Positions 14,301 to 20,626 of a stretch of DNA of 64,000 nt are shown here, in pieces. The stretch comes from Caecitellus pseudoparvulus (taxonomy: Eukaryota > Protista > Bigyra: Bicosoecida). The position numbers were made by a program, and so were the translations under genes. The stretch is from positions 372,001 to 436,000 of the forward strand of contig CBFFRQ010000043.1 in NCBI GenBank assembly GCA_965644315.1, in the 5' to 3' direction. A model generated the notes under the pieces. That model was not told where the DNA came from, searched no databases, and saw only the letters and a program-made list of their open reading frames with translations. Position 1 is the first letter of the stretch; each line of letters starts with the position of its first letter.

Positions 14301-14467
14301 CTGTGCGGCAGCGGTCGCTGCGATGCTGGATCCCTCCACGCACCAAACGTGTCTAGCGTCGCTGTTGAGGCCACCCAGTGCGCGCGTTTATCGGAAGTGG
14401 GGAGGGTGTTGGAGCATGCTGCCCGGAGAATCAAAGCCAGCAGCAGGGTTGCGAGGCTCTGCTTCAT
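2357..14467 (-). CDS. Giant cell-surface protein: signal peptide, LamG-like, 2 sushi/CCP, 3 cadherin repeats, many IPT/TIG-like repeats, Cys-rich module, 9-TM region, coiled-coil tail (nonagonal cadherin-like)
   Basis: Signal peptide MKQSLATLLLALILRAACS starts at ATG 14467. Cadherin motifs (VPESA..GT, AADPD, FSIDSSTGVVST, LNFE/LDFE, VGDSNDPP, ATDED) lie at ~11130-12220. Repeated T.GG...L.G.NFG / C..PPG.G IPT-like motifs follow. Nine hydrophobic segments run from APWVLVLVFVLL to FLAVAVVLVLTASIVYF. A short intron near the N-terminus cannot be excluded. Confidence 0.85.
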   Translation of the reverse strand: MKQSLATLLLALILRAACSNTLPTSDKRAHWVASTATLDTFGAWRDPASQRPLPHSLRLAHDATHTAPRCKPQPCPCLIPTSFPPRSWFTGRAFAWPSEVGGWTGLAPSTGQRPHLKRNALHCQPALTFDLGDFFSVSSSTSLDPGSGYWTVYAVTRPTAFSRRYANVLYKGPANPGYFDEWWEFSMGIGDSISGGVFKNQCYFNCDNGGARLISHQDFTAFNVWALTVGDDNTPGKRRIQGFLNGDTAGWYSGGLAGISGDDYQPPIATTHTLTISGSYYSFQGDMVELILYAAEHSPATVASVVQYMQSKYHLSCPALTSANSSSVGGPTEGPPDPSQCGTTSLSQVPFGSKCAQTCHDGFVREAGGQGQSTCDTGGWTGPPVTCGVTCPVLQAPRDAQACSKVIQRLDFGELSPAVGLGASDVTTGLPRIFRSWSVVPHVPAARAGDYWLLGLSSGPFGVGTTVLKSDAATESCDSSEFLPSTLTQASPRWASKLLEGGAVEFSAAFSIGNSAVPNQEDGGPWFALASRLRDAGNAYWAAVALGGPSGGKLKLQRVSGGSAPTTLAEIDVQASSGVPIVLRTRAQGGLFAAWVLPGHASVNGSVSQIELGYAQLGIENPSLLSGNEACEKLSLASQAASAPPPTLCIFSQLNPVSSQTSVGLVSHATGLEVGWSHLETTCDGGFACQHATHGASCSWICRNGYDAVNGTDGGVQCDSAGGPGAAFWAGSRPTCVVRPPEPHLGAARNISELAPGGTPILPAVEVSVDAEGVDVLFSLEGTGHIDPASGLPLFRIGACSGVISLAHGGLLDFERKTSHLLSVRATPMGTSASGPSSVLFDVLIAVLDAPEPPSFDYAADAANNASQVLRTFYRTVPESAQVGTHLSPAIPAADPDIGGSTAVLFSIDGVATLDGQPLPGQPQPTVGSALPRPLPFSIDSSTGVVSTALGLNFEGTQGYEVYLRVTDSEDPALGDTATLAVAVGDSNDPPRLPALQPSNDIREAEFLPNISFSSNLVATDEDAGAVLTFQLLNVTERFPSNGQDATRSFSLDPITGVLGTAELAVDMPALSPTAATMDGREVVGAWEAAFSVVDEHGMPSVPTVGVAFIYVLANITGQGGRTPQVVSVLEIPPQGFSTAGGDAVLFAAQDLAMGDIVAGKSHGIGLGASPLVIASHSCSVLSAARLQCITGPGVGVDHSWRFTVQRDGAGASVAMPFQASATSTFNYNSPEVLSFKGPWASMPTRGGAALTLVGNGLSELLSQISITFSSGPGGVASEVRSDSGCAQSPSQCIITGNSTAVEFRSPVGTGTQALQVSVNVGGQVVQVPPCDSSAVELCAGFAPPLITAIRPVSSQQLPTLDPHSLMPGDQAFPETAVFLEVEGENFGPLRSASPLGAAFIEAAVLGTVRPDSRQEPIAKQLTEQPPTGNEALFLSTSEPHTRFFWRPPSAVGANLTLQVCLLGVGGLPGASSCSVPYTSPTSRSISFIPPAIIRVFASSDLSTEGGGRAQLEVARASGSDVLGVHSIQGAWFGAGPRMPPMGTTLPPPHLSPAFPCPFSADSSPADWLQYAAVECSLSGRAFPSESCLKPDQAARSACRQAPWLVECKVPPGVGTGHAWVLETPGCGLSSVGGFSGYAPPAIGLFSVPDPSIASPTELSTRGGQEVILEGRNFGATFRQPPELWLRRRASPSAGTSEGTARTLAAAAHDAGYDMAWYTLGGDGPGTDVVFLAENCSMVVPHVALACTASAGAGSGLVWSLVIGGQSNVPATTAYATPSVRALTLRNPSGQPVEHASTSGGTILSIDGDSFGPPVRTLATCQAEIPQNSIPQAVLNTSGCLAPPLVQFGPTGIEFDIANASVVNDSSIRVPLPAGLGAGLRVTVVRGGQSSPPSITSFSYERPTLLGISPQNASTVGSAGASQWLTVSVRSVPPSQRTTARIYIGNPRDDGTLIGPLTATKLLALDTVTGAPKKPLRVHSVQVPIPSGIGGQRGVFMEVVQEPDADAGTQTNTTSLSIWAMGFATLRYLAPRVDYVSVDLAWEVPSALLEAAALWGVPATRAAVQSLGVRRVTMYGANFGPNPLYGGTVPPASLVLSRAGNGSCTTQAALLSAAAAGDNAALVCPLNLSGALVSGLFIQTSQADSFSPLLPTTGGAASTRLNSSSWWTQSSVQIYTIDLTSQMFIAVLSSSFSPPADVLPESDPVPTPQPLALIQSSAVVQVSGAQPVFAVSSRGMPAGGFPAAGGAALLVATDFGTVQGGDALEIVVGLSTWPNGTALCPVVVADGWAATAPTLPAHLQTASKSGSVWGPQSGQVPTSDAARYIRDSCTEHYMSTTGSGPQLADPCYAWCQVPPGQGSSVPMRIQRGSSVSSIAFVSYAPPEVTTVTIIDTSTTGVAWAAEAQGPGGPNRPEAQQASSSTCLARYSVSGSSATSGSAVVPAQGTRPPAACLRWDTLAAQGPESVQVPTYGGSIVLVGINFGLCPTVTLGGFPPIPTCRSAGPATAEAELAWQGTLPGVTVCYAREHPGRRCPGAAEGEDVVAVEIPPGSGAAGAGIALAAADQTGTFLTADVSGSLTYRRPVVVSAGALPSEDGGSGLLRTAGGDMLRVTGDQFGAVPIVAPVAPGISTGPSFEVSVLLGPEGVSTATSAGPPSWPPSLLQCSPDSVPGAVPDPISAGTLPALPPLPQPVDRIHQGELRCTMPPGGGRGLFVYVSVGGMEGVSPEGLLSYDPPLLWKANLLTIRDNATVTETVQNEADQVMASVYGGPSFVPSPVSPVTVDPEVSLRSSGGDVLEIVGVNFGPAPWAGQPGGACLFISVRQHGETPPPLLCNLQLDSRGEGEVFAAAPVPGDASALPVGWHVPTQPGQVMGPAQILLWSHNRIIVRTQPLLGDFRLHVFCRGLFSSTTVQTGGLRASSAVPTASISAVAGFKGSAGGEDTTITGQGFGPAPPSLAAVQSGAVFNFPKPLPASVGLTPPVYLLRIDFAGSCRTNAVSEAAAISVGAKVPVELGPQCAAAAGTVLAQSPSEIRVLSGPGLGINNTVRLQWLRFDTGQLWREVNVSYTFDAPEITLISPMTLYLRGGSQPAPLSRGRRLQSSSSESPDAQELSIFGHNFGALRHASLWRPGDEALAINISSSMCLHPRRQAADGTLLPQSDLVTCAVPRTTVGRKALSVTVAGQSGLLPTDDPLALTVVCAPGFYGREDEDCLPCPDGADCAGFVDGRHTYPQARPNFYNLNGSTFAEACAGLDVDSNPERQVCIVACSPAEACLGDNQCATGYASRPPLYRCASCDENYFRRAGLCVRCPDAPWVLVLVFVLLAMTAAAFAYWLNKQDINLALVSVGVDYFQVLALFASARVPWPGFLREFFVVLSAFSFNLDIATPECAVPDLGYLQQWALVMSFPVAVGATLLLAFAVVYLYKRCVLRQRGRKHLQGHAPRLIATFIMAMYVLYLYLSRTVMDIFNCVPTDPPDGRLYLEVVFEPCGEKGGLQVTLLPWAIVGLVVYVVGFPLYVGRILRKHKLEIMEDQLLRAMRTGNTPLQNPHAYEVRKRYEKLYFPFTPDFAPLWMMVLLGRKLLLALTRNTFNANPAFQLSLALLVMFIAYALQVRFRPFMSPGDRDDVLRAHRLKAFDEDPTHLALSASLKEVSVKSRRKGRAASMAGMKAASVSEKATVAAAVVGAFLINYNTVEAVLLFCAVLVTLSGIMFSTGQLDSSFYQVHRDFLAVAVVLVLTASIVYFVSVVVAEVRLLWGEAAELARDGQSRRTHKHSLAAAGKNASALSKTQSTRRSSFSFGSPKLPAAFNKAAPSPATRNSRSRRQSIADMSGVELTSFFSGSTNPVASESPFVSVGPVVSETNPMFAMAAKAGRTAPGGGDQSMEAHTALAGSIMSMQEPPQPEQWAKIQVLYGDMVKMVGGLQAQVQELKRDISRAERDQAMAGHDRRRRRQSLHRSGGPIDAAATPVSPDTGSTGRATALSRSGGLRPAVEDAKASAVAGSSPRQRRRSISGTKRALAGKARFGQSKPGSLEPDEP

Positions 14468-14881
14468 CTTGCGGCGGCAAGGCAACGCGGCCTGCCTTCC
14501 CAACGCTCTCCAGGGCCTGAAGGGGCTTGGCGAGACAAACTCTGCTCCAGGAGGGGATGGCGAGGGTGATCACACTTGATGCACACAGCGTACCATGCGT
14601 GGGGACCGTGGGTTGTGTGGCAATGTGGGTGCCTCAAGTGTTTTGGCAAGCGCTTGGGAAGTCAGAGTGTCGGCAGTTTGACGTGTGAAGTTTCAAGGCC
14701 CAAGGGCAGAGCACCGGAATCCTCAAATCAATAATTTCACCATCTCAAGTCAAGCGCCTTGCTGCCCAAGCCAGGTGCATTCAGCGTCCAGAGCGTTGTC
14801 CTGCAACCCAAGCTGCAGTTCAAGTTCCGCACTTAGCGACTGACGCAGGAAAGTTTGCCCGCCGCTGCGGAAAGCACAACC

Positions 14882-16678
14882 ATGGAAGTTGTCCTCGTGT
14901 ACACGACTAAAGGACTGGGGGCGCAGACGATCGAGCATGCGGCGCAGGCGCTCCACGCATCGGGGGTGGCAGTTTCTGGGAGACACGGCGTGCTCAGTGC
15001 ATTCGACCTGCCCACCACGCTTTTGAGCATCAAGGCTCAGTACGGCGCGGGGACACTCTTCCTGGTCCTTGGAGTGGTCCAGGGGGCAGGGGGAGTTGAT
15101 GGGGGCATGGCTGCCTTGAACCTCATGAGCGTAAGTGCTTTCTACACAACTGCCATCGAGCCAGGCGGAACTTGCGCTTGAGACTTGCTTGGGTGCACCT
15201 GAATTGGCGTGAGCCACGCGCAGACCCTCTCTGACACGGCATCGCGTGAAAGCATGAAGGTTGTTCCCCACATCACGGCTCTTGACATGTCACCGGAAAG
15301 CGCGCAAGCCTGGGTGGAGGAAGCGCTTGCTCGCGTCCAGTCCCTGGCTCAGGCTCGAGGCGCAGCGTCACCGGGTAGGGGTGCTGCCGTGGCAGTTTCC
15401 CCGGTGTACAGCCCCGCTTCGGGCACGGCACCCGGTGTGAGCCCAGCGGCAGCAGGCGTCGGATCGCTGAAGGAGCCTGTGGACGAGACACCTGTTGACG
15501 CTGCTGGCTTTATCCAGCCAACCCACTTCGACCCACCACAAGACCATGACACTGCCGCTGCGCTGCAGCTGTTCAAGGAATCCCTCGCGCTCCACGGAGC
15601 TCGTGGCATCGTGGCCATTGGCCGTAAGTTCCGCATTATTGATGACGACGGGAGCAAAGCCATCAACTGGGAGGAGTGGAACAAGGCTCTAGCTGAGCAC
15701 CAGTTGACGGGAACCATGTCCCCGCAGCAGGTGCAAGCCCTCTTCGACTTCTTTGACAAGGATGGGAGCGGTAGCATTTCCTTTGACGAGTTCTTGGTTG
15801 GTGCGTAGTTTGCCCCCAGGGCAAGCTTGTGCTGTGTGTCGCTTTCACGCTCCCTGATGCCCCTCCCCACAGGCATTCGTGGTGAAATGAATGAGCGCCG
15901 CACTCGGCTTGCAGACATGGCTTTCAATGTGCTGGACAAAGATGGCTCCGGCACTGTGGAATTGTCTGACATCATCGGCGTGTATGACGCCTCCAAGCAC
16001 CCGGACGTCGTCCAAGGGCGCAAGTCCTCCTCCCAGGTCCTCCGCGAGTTCCTGGACACCTTTGACTGCGGGGAGAAGGATGGCATCGTCACACGAACTG
16101 AATTCCGCCGGTACTACAGCAACATTTCGGCTTCTATTGATGACGATGACTACTTCGAGCTTGTCGTTCGGAACGCCTGGCATATCTCAGGTGGAAAGGG
16201 CTGGTGTGCAAACACCTCAAACCGACGTGTGCTCGTGACCCATGCTGACGGCAGGCAGACTGTGGAGGAGGTGACTGACGACATGCAAGTCGGAACAGAC
16301 CTGCACAAGATCAAGGCCCAGATGCAGCGCCGAGGGATGGATGTCACAGGTGTAGCCCTGTACGGAGGGTCATCCACTGGCGGCACATCCGCTGCTCCGT
16401 GGGCCACCGACAGCACTGCGGACGCCAGCCGCTTTACGAGCCCAAGGCGCGGCATGGCACCCTCCATGTCAACTCCTTCAGCTGCAGGGAGGGTGCAGCC
16501 CTCGAACATTACGCCTGGGCAGCCTCCGTTCGGCACAGGCTCCCCAGGTGCAAGCTATGGCCAGACCTCCACCGCTGCCGCGGCTGCCCAAGCCGGTGTC
16601 GCACCTCCACCCGTGCCATCGGGACGAGTCAACGCACGTGGGACCCGTGCCTTGCAGTCAAGCATTGTCTTTGGCTGA
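14882..16678 (+). CDS. Fusion of a degenerate lumazine synthase (RibH)-like domain to a calcyphosin-like 4-EF-hand protein; 3 exons (14882-15130, 15224-15800, 15873-16678)
   Basis: Introns 15131-15223 (GTAAGT..CAG) and 15801-15872 (GTGCGT..CAG) join three ORFs in frame. EF loops: DDDGSKAINWEE, DKDGSGSISFDE, DKDGSGTVELSD. Calcyphosin signatures: RGEMNERR, YDASKHPDV, YYSNISASIDDDDYFELVVRNAW. The N-terminus (VLSAFDLP, LVLGVVQG) resembles RibH VPGAFELP and IALGAVIRG. The calcyphosin call is firm; the RibH-like call is moderate. Confidence 0.8.
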
Positions 16679-17063
16679 CTCTTGAATGCATCGCCATTTC
16701 TCGTTGACGTCGGTATCGGCACTTGCTGCAGTGCAGTTGAGCGGCCAAATTTCCGCAGAGCACTCACCTCACAGACACATCAGCTACAGTGCTCCACCCG
16801 ACAGCACAAGGCAGGTTCCGTATCTGCACTGTCGGGACCAGCATCGAGCGGCCGTCCCGTGAGCACCCTTGACCAGCTTCTCCTCGACTGTGGAGAGCTG
16901 GCATCGTTGGCACTGCTGTTGAGGTGGTGACAAGCGGAGGAGTGGTGGGTTGGGGTGCTCGCTGACAGATTGAAGCAGCTGCATCCATCATCGGCCTGGG
17001 AGGAAGACACACACTCCTCTGAATCCGAGCCTCTGTGGGCTTCACCCAGGAGGTGCCGCAAGT

Positions 17064-20000
17064 ATGCCAGCTCACCCACTAAACCAAGCCAAGCGGCGGG
17101 TGGAGCTGCTCCCAGGCAGCTCGGTGGGTCTGCAAGCAACCAAGGCCGTGGACGACGGGACGTGCTGTGGGGAGGCACTGACACACAGCTGCCGCAGCAG
17201 GACGTCACAGCTTCCCCTGTACTCACTATACTGGCTTGGCTGCGCTGTACTCCTTGCGTGGTCCGTGTACACGTACGCTGGCGACCCACGCAAGGCAGCT
17301 GCGCTGCGTCTGATTGGACCAGGTCTCCTTGTATCTCGTCCATCTGCGGCCCTGATCATGTGGAGTATGGCCATTCTCTTGCTCAGCATGAGCAAAGATG
17401 CCCTCCGGTGGGCGTTTGGCACCTCCTTGGTGTCCTTTGTCCCTTTGGACCGGCACAAGAAGTTCCACAAGCAGCTTGGGTGGATCATTGCTTGTCTATC
17501 CCTGGTGCATGCTGGCGGGCACTACGCGAATTTCATGGCCGTTGCCAGGGGCAGTGCTGCCGACATCCGCGCCGCTATTGGCGTTGACTTCGGCACTGAT
17601 GCAGCGGTCCCGCCAGCGTCGACGCTGCTCTTTCTCACGCTGCCTGGCGCCACAGGACACGTCCTGCTGCTTCTGATGCTGGCAGTTTACCCGTTCGCGC
17701 TGCAAGTGGTCCGGCGCAAGTGCTTTGAGTGGTTCATGGTGTCTCACTACGTGCTTTTCGTCGGCATGGTGGGCCTGTTGTCGGTGCATGGTTGCGCTGG
17801 GTGGCTTGCACAGCCCACCGCCGGGTACTGGCTTGCTCTGCCGACTCTGCTGCTTCTTTGGCAGCTCTCTCGCCGGGTTTGCCCTTGCCGCCAGTATTCC
17901 GCACGGTTGCAAGCAGTTGGCGTACGGCCTGGCAAGATTGTGCGTTTGGAAATGTCAAGACCGCGTCCCCCGTGCTTCTCTCTCCAGCATGCTTGCTCAG
18001 GATGCAGCCTGCGCTGTGGGCCTTGCTTGCCCGACGAAGTTCGGCCACTTGCCGCAGGAGGCACTGCAGCTGGGCTGTGGAGGAGTGTTCATCGTGGGAC
18101 CTTGCGTCTTGGTTGCCAAGAATTCCAGCTACAGGCGCCACAACCCAAGGCGACTACATGTTGTGCGCGGCTGCCGACATCCGCAGCTTCCGGCAACAGC
18201 CTCATTTCATTGAACCGCCAGCTTGCGAATCTGACGCCGTTGCAGTCTTTGGCGGTACTAGAGCACTTCAGGTCCCTTTGCCCTTCCCAGAGCAGCAGTG
18301 ATCGGAGTGTAGCAGCAGGCGGCAAAGGCACTGCGGCTTCCGTTGTTGTCGAGTCATATGGAGCCGCTCGCGCAGTACGCTCTATGCGGGCCAAGCGGCA
18401 CCCAGAGGCGTTTGCCTACCTTCCAGGGCAGTACTTGCACTTGTCTATGCCAGATCTGGCCTGCGGGCAGTGGCACCCGTTCACAATTACCTCCGCACCG
18501 CATGCCAGGCGGCTTGTGCTGAACATCAAGCCTTCAGGGGATTTCACACAGGCATTGTACGAAGCCGCTCGGGACACCATCGCAGGGGACTTCACTGAGG
18601 CACAGGTTCTCGCTGCCTTGCTTCGGCAGGCGTCGACTTCCATGCCCGAGGCTTCAGGGACGAATGGTCGACTGACGCTGGCAGACGTTGATTTGATGTC
18701 CGGGTCCAAACCACCCGCAGCATCGGATCCGCTGCCATCATCCAGGCCCACGGCTTCAACAACAGGGACGCGAGGTGTGAACCCGTTGGCTCAGGGCAAG
18801 GGCCCCCTGCCCAGCGCACGCATGGCACACTTCAGCATGCGAAGAGCGCATTCCGCTGCTTTGCAGCCCACAATGCCCTTGCCCCCGTCAGTGCTGCTGG
18901 ATGGGCCATTCCCCGCGCCGGCTCAACTTGCTGTGAGCCACTATGAGTACGTCATAGTGTGTGGCGGAGGCATCGGTGGCACCCCTCTAGGGTCATTCCT
19001 GTCCCACCTGACCCACCTCTCAGCAGCTGTGCGGGAAGCTGGCCAACTAGCTTGCGGCTGTGCCCCTGGTGGTGGCTGTGGCGGCAGCTCGTCACCTGCC
19101 CCTGACGCTGGGAGGGCCCTTGTGCAGTCAGCTTGGGAAACATTGCTGCCACCCCTCCTGGTCTCGCCTCTGCGCCATGCAACGGTAGTGTGGACAGCTA
19201 AGTCCCAGCCTCAAATGGAAGCTTTGTGGGACGAACTGCTTGCAGCGACGCAGGAGCGCATGAGGCCAGCAGGCCCTGAGACACACCAACCTGGACTGCC
19301 GCAGCAGGGCACAGCCCTCGGCAAGGTTTTGACTGTGAAGCTTTATGCAACCGCTCACAAAGTGAAGCCAAGTGTGCGCCAAAGCATGGGTCTGCCTATG
19401 GACGTGCTGAGCAAGCTGGCGCCCAAACGCGCTCGGCGTCTTTCCACCATGCGACCCGCAGGCCGTGGGAGCCCCCCGCAGCGCCTTTCACCACTGGGAG
19501 CAGTGGCAGAGAAAACGAAGAAGGTGAGCGCTCGCAAAGGCGCTGGTGTACACGGTGATTCTGTGGTTGGCCAAGCAGTGAGCGAGGTGGACGCTTCCTC
19601 TGGGGGATACCACCCCAGACGTGGCGCCACCATCTCCTTTTCCCCCTTTGCAAAGGGTGAGCCCAAGCATAGGCCGCTGCACAGGCGTGGGAGCGGACCA
19701 GGGCACCCTCATGAAAGGGCCAGAGATGATCAGCAGCTCAGGGGAGCCATGGTGAGGCGGCCCAGGATGGCCAGCAGTGACTCACGCGCAGGGTTTCTGG
19801 CACACCGAGCGCAGGCAGTGGAGGCTGAGTTGCAGGGGGCTGGGGCAAGCTCAGATGGGGCCCTGGCAGCCGTGCGTCGCTTCTTGCTGTCTGCTGGGGG
19901 TGACGACAGTGCGGGGGAGGATGACACGGAACAGTGGGAGGGCGGCGACGAGGGTGCCTCCTGCAGCAGCGACAGCGATGGGGAAGGCGATGATGTGGCA

Positions 20001-20579
20001 CAAGACCCAGCGGATGCATTTGCCAGCCTCTCAACCATGGGCGACGTCGAACTGTCACCAGCGCCATCGAAGGTAGAGCCCGTGAAGTCGCATGTTGTTG
20101 TGAACCCCCTTGTGGGAGATGACGGCGCCGGCGCGCTCGGGGACTCTGCTGAGCGGAAGGCTCGGGTGCAGAAGGCAGCCTTCACGCGCGATGAGGCGCC
20201 AGTGCCGCCTGCCACATCATCTTTCGGGTACCCGAGCGAGGTGCATGCCGCCCTGCAGGGCTGTGTGGCACCTGGTCGGCCTGCATTCAGTGCTCTTTTT
20301 GAGGAAGTGCTGCAGGCTGCTTGGGAAGGCACTCAGAAACAGCGGGCTGCCGTGAGCACCTTGCAGTCCCACGGGGCATTGCCCGCAGCAGCGGAAGCTT
20401 GTGCATCGGCAGTGCACCACAGCACAGCGCGCGTGGGTGTGTTTTTTTGCGGCCCACGCAGGATGGGTGATGCACTGAAAGAGCTGTGCAGTCAGTTTAG
20501 CCGTGAGTACACCAAGCCCGACTCAGGCTTGGCGCCTGTGAACGTGCGCTTCGACTTTCACAAAGAGAGCTTTTGGTGA
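17064..20579 (+). CDS. NADPH oxidase (NOX/gp91phox-type ferric-reductase family), no EF-hands, with long insertions
   Basis: Haem histidines (FHKQLG..LVHAGGH; SHYVLF..SVHG). FAD site GQYLHL..WHPFTITSAP. NADPH motifs LLDGPF, GGGIGGTP, VFFCGP. Terminal FHKESFW. Confidence 0.9.
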   Translation: MPAHPLNQAKRRVELLPGSSVGLQATKAVDDGTCCGEALTHSCRSRTSQLPLYSLYWLGCAVLLAWSVYTYAGDPRKAAALRLIGPGLLVSRPSAALIMWSMAILLLSMSKDALRWAFGTSLVSFVPLDRHKKFHKQLGWIIACLSLVHAGGHYANFMAVARGSAADIRAAIGVDFGTDAAVPPASTLLFLTLPGATGHVLLLLMLAVYPFALQVVRRKCFEWFMVSHYVLFVGMVGLLSVHGCAGWLAQPTAGYWLALPTLLLLWQLSRRVCPCRQYSARLQAVGVRPGKIVRLEMSRPRPPCFSLQHACSGCSLRCGPCLPDEVRPLAAGGTAAGLWRSVHRGTLRLGCQEFQLQAPQPKATTCCARLPTSAASGNSLISLNRQLANLTPLQSLAVLEHFRSLCPSQSSSDRSVAAGGKGTAASVVVESYGAARAVRSMRAKRHPEAFAYLPGQYLHLSMPDLACGQWHPFTITSAPHARRLVLNIKPSGDFTQALYEAARDTIAGDFTEAQVLAALLRQASTSMPEASGTNGRLTLADVDLMSGSKPPAASDPLPSSRPTASTTGTRGVNPLAQGKGPLPSARMAHFSMRRAHSAALQPTMPLPPSVLLDGPFPAPAQLAVSHYEYVIVCGGGIGGTPLGSFLSHLTHLSAAVREAGQLACGCAPGGGCGGSSSPAPDAGRALVQSAWETLLPPLLVSPLRHATVVWTAKSQPQMEALWDELLAATQERMRPAGPETHQPGLPQQGTALGKVLTVKLYATAHKVKPSVRQSMGLPMDVLSKLAPKRARRLSTMRPAGRGSPPQRLSPLGAVAEKTKKVSARKGAGVHGDSVVGQAVSEVDASSGGYHPRRGATISFSPFAKGEPKHRPLHRRGSGPGHPHERARDDQQLRGAMVRRPRMASSDSRAGFLAHRAQAVEAELQGAGASSDGALAAVRRFLLSAGGDDSAGEDDTEQWEGGDEGASCSSDSDGEGDDVAQDPADAFASLSTMGDVELSPAPSKVEPVKSHVVVNPLVGDDGAGALGDSAERKARVQKAAFTRDEAPVPPATSSFGYPSEVHAALQGCVAPGRPAFSALFEEVLQAAWEGTQKQRAAVSTLQSHGALPAAAEACASAVHHSTARVGVFFCGPRRMGDALKELCSQFSREYTKPDSGLAPVNVRFDFHKESFW

Positions 20580-20626
20580 CCCTGGACAAGCACGTTCATG
20601 GCCGTGCAGCATAAGCCCTGCACCGC

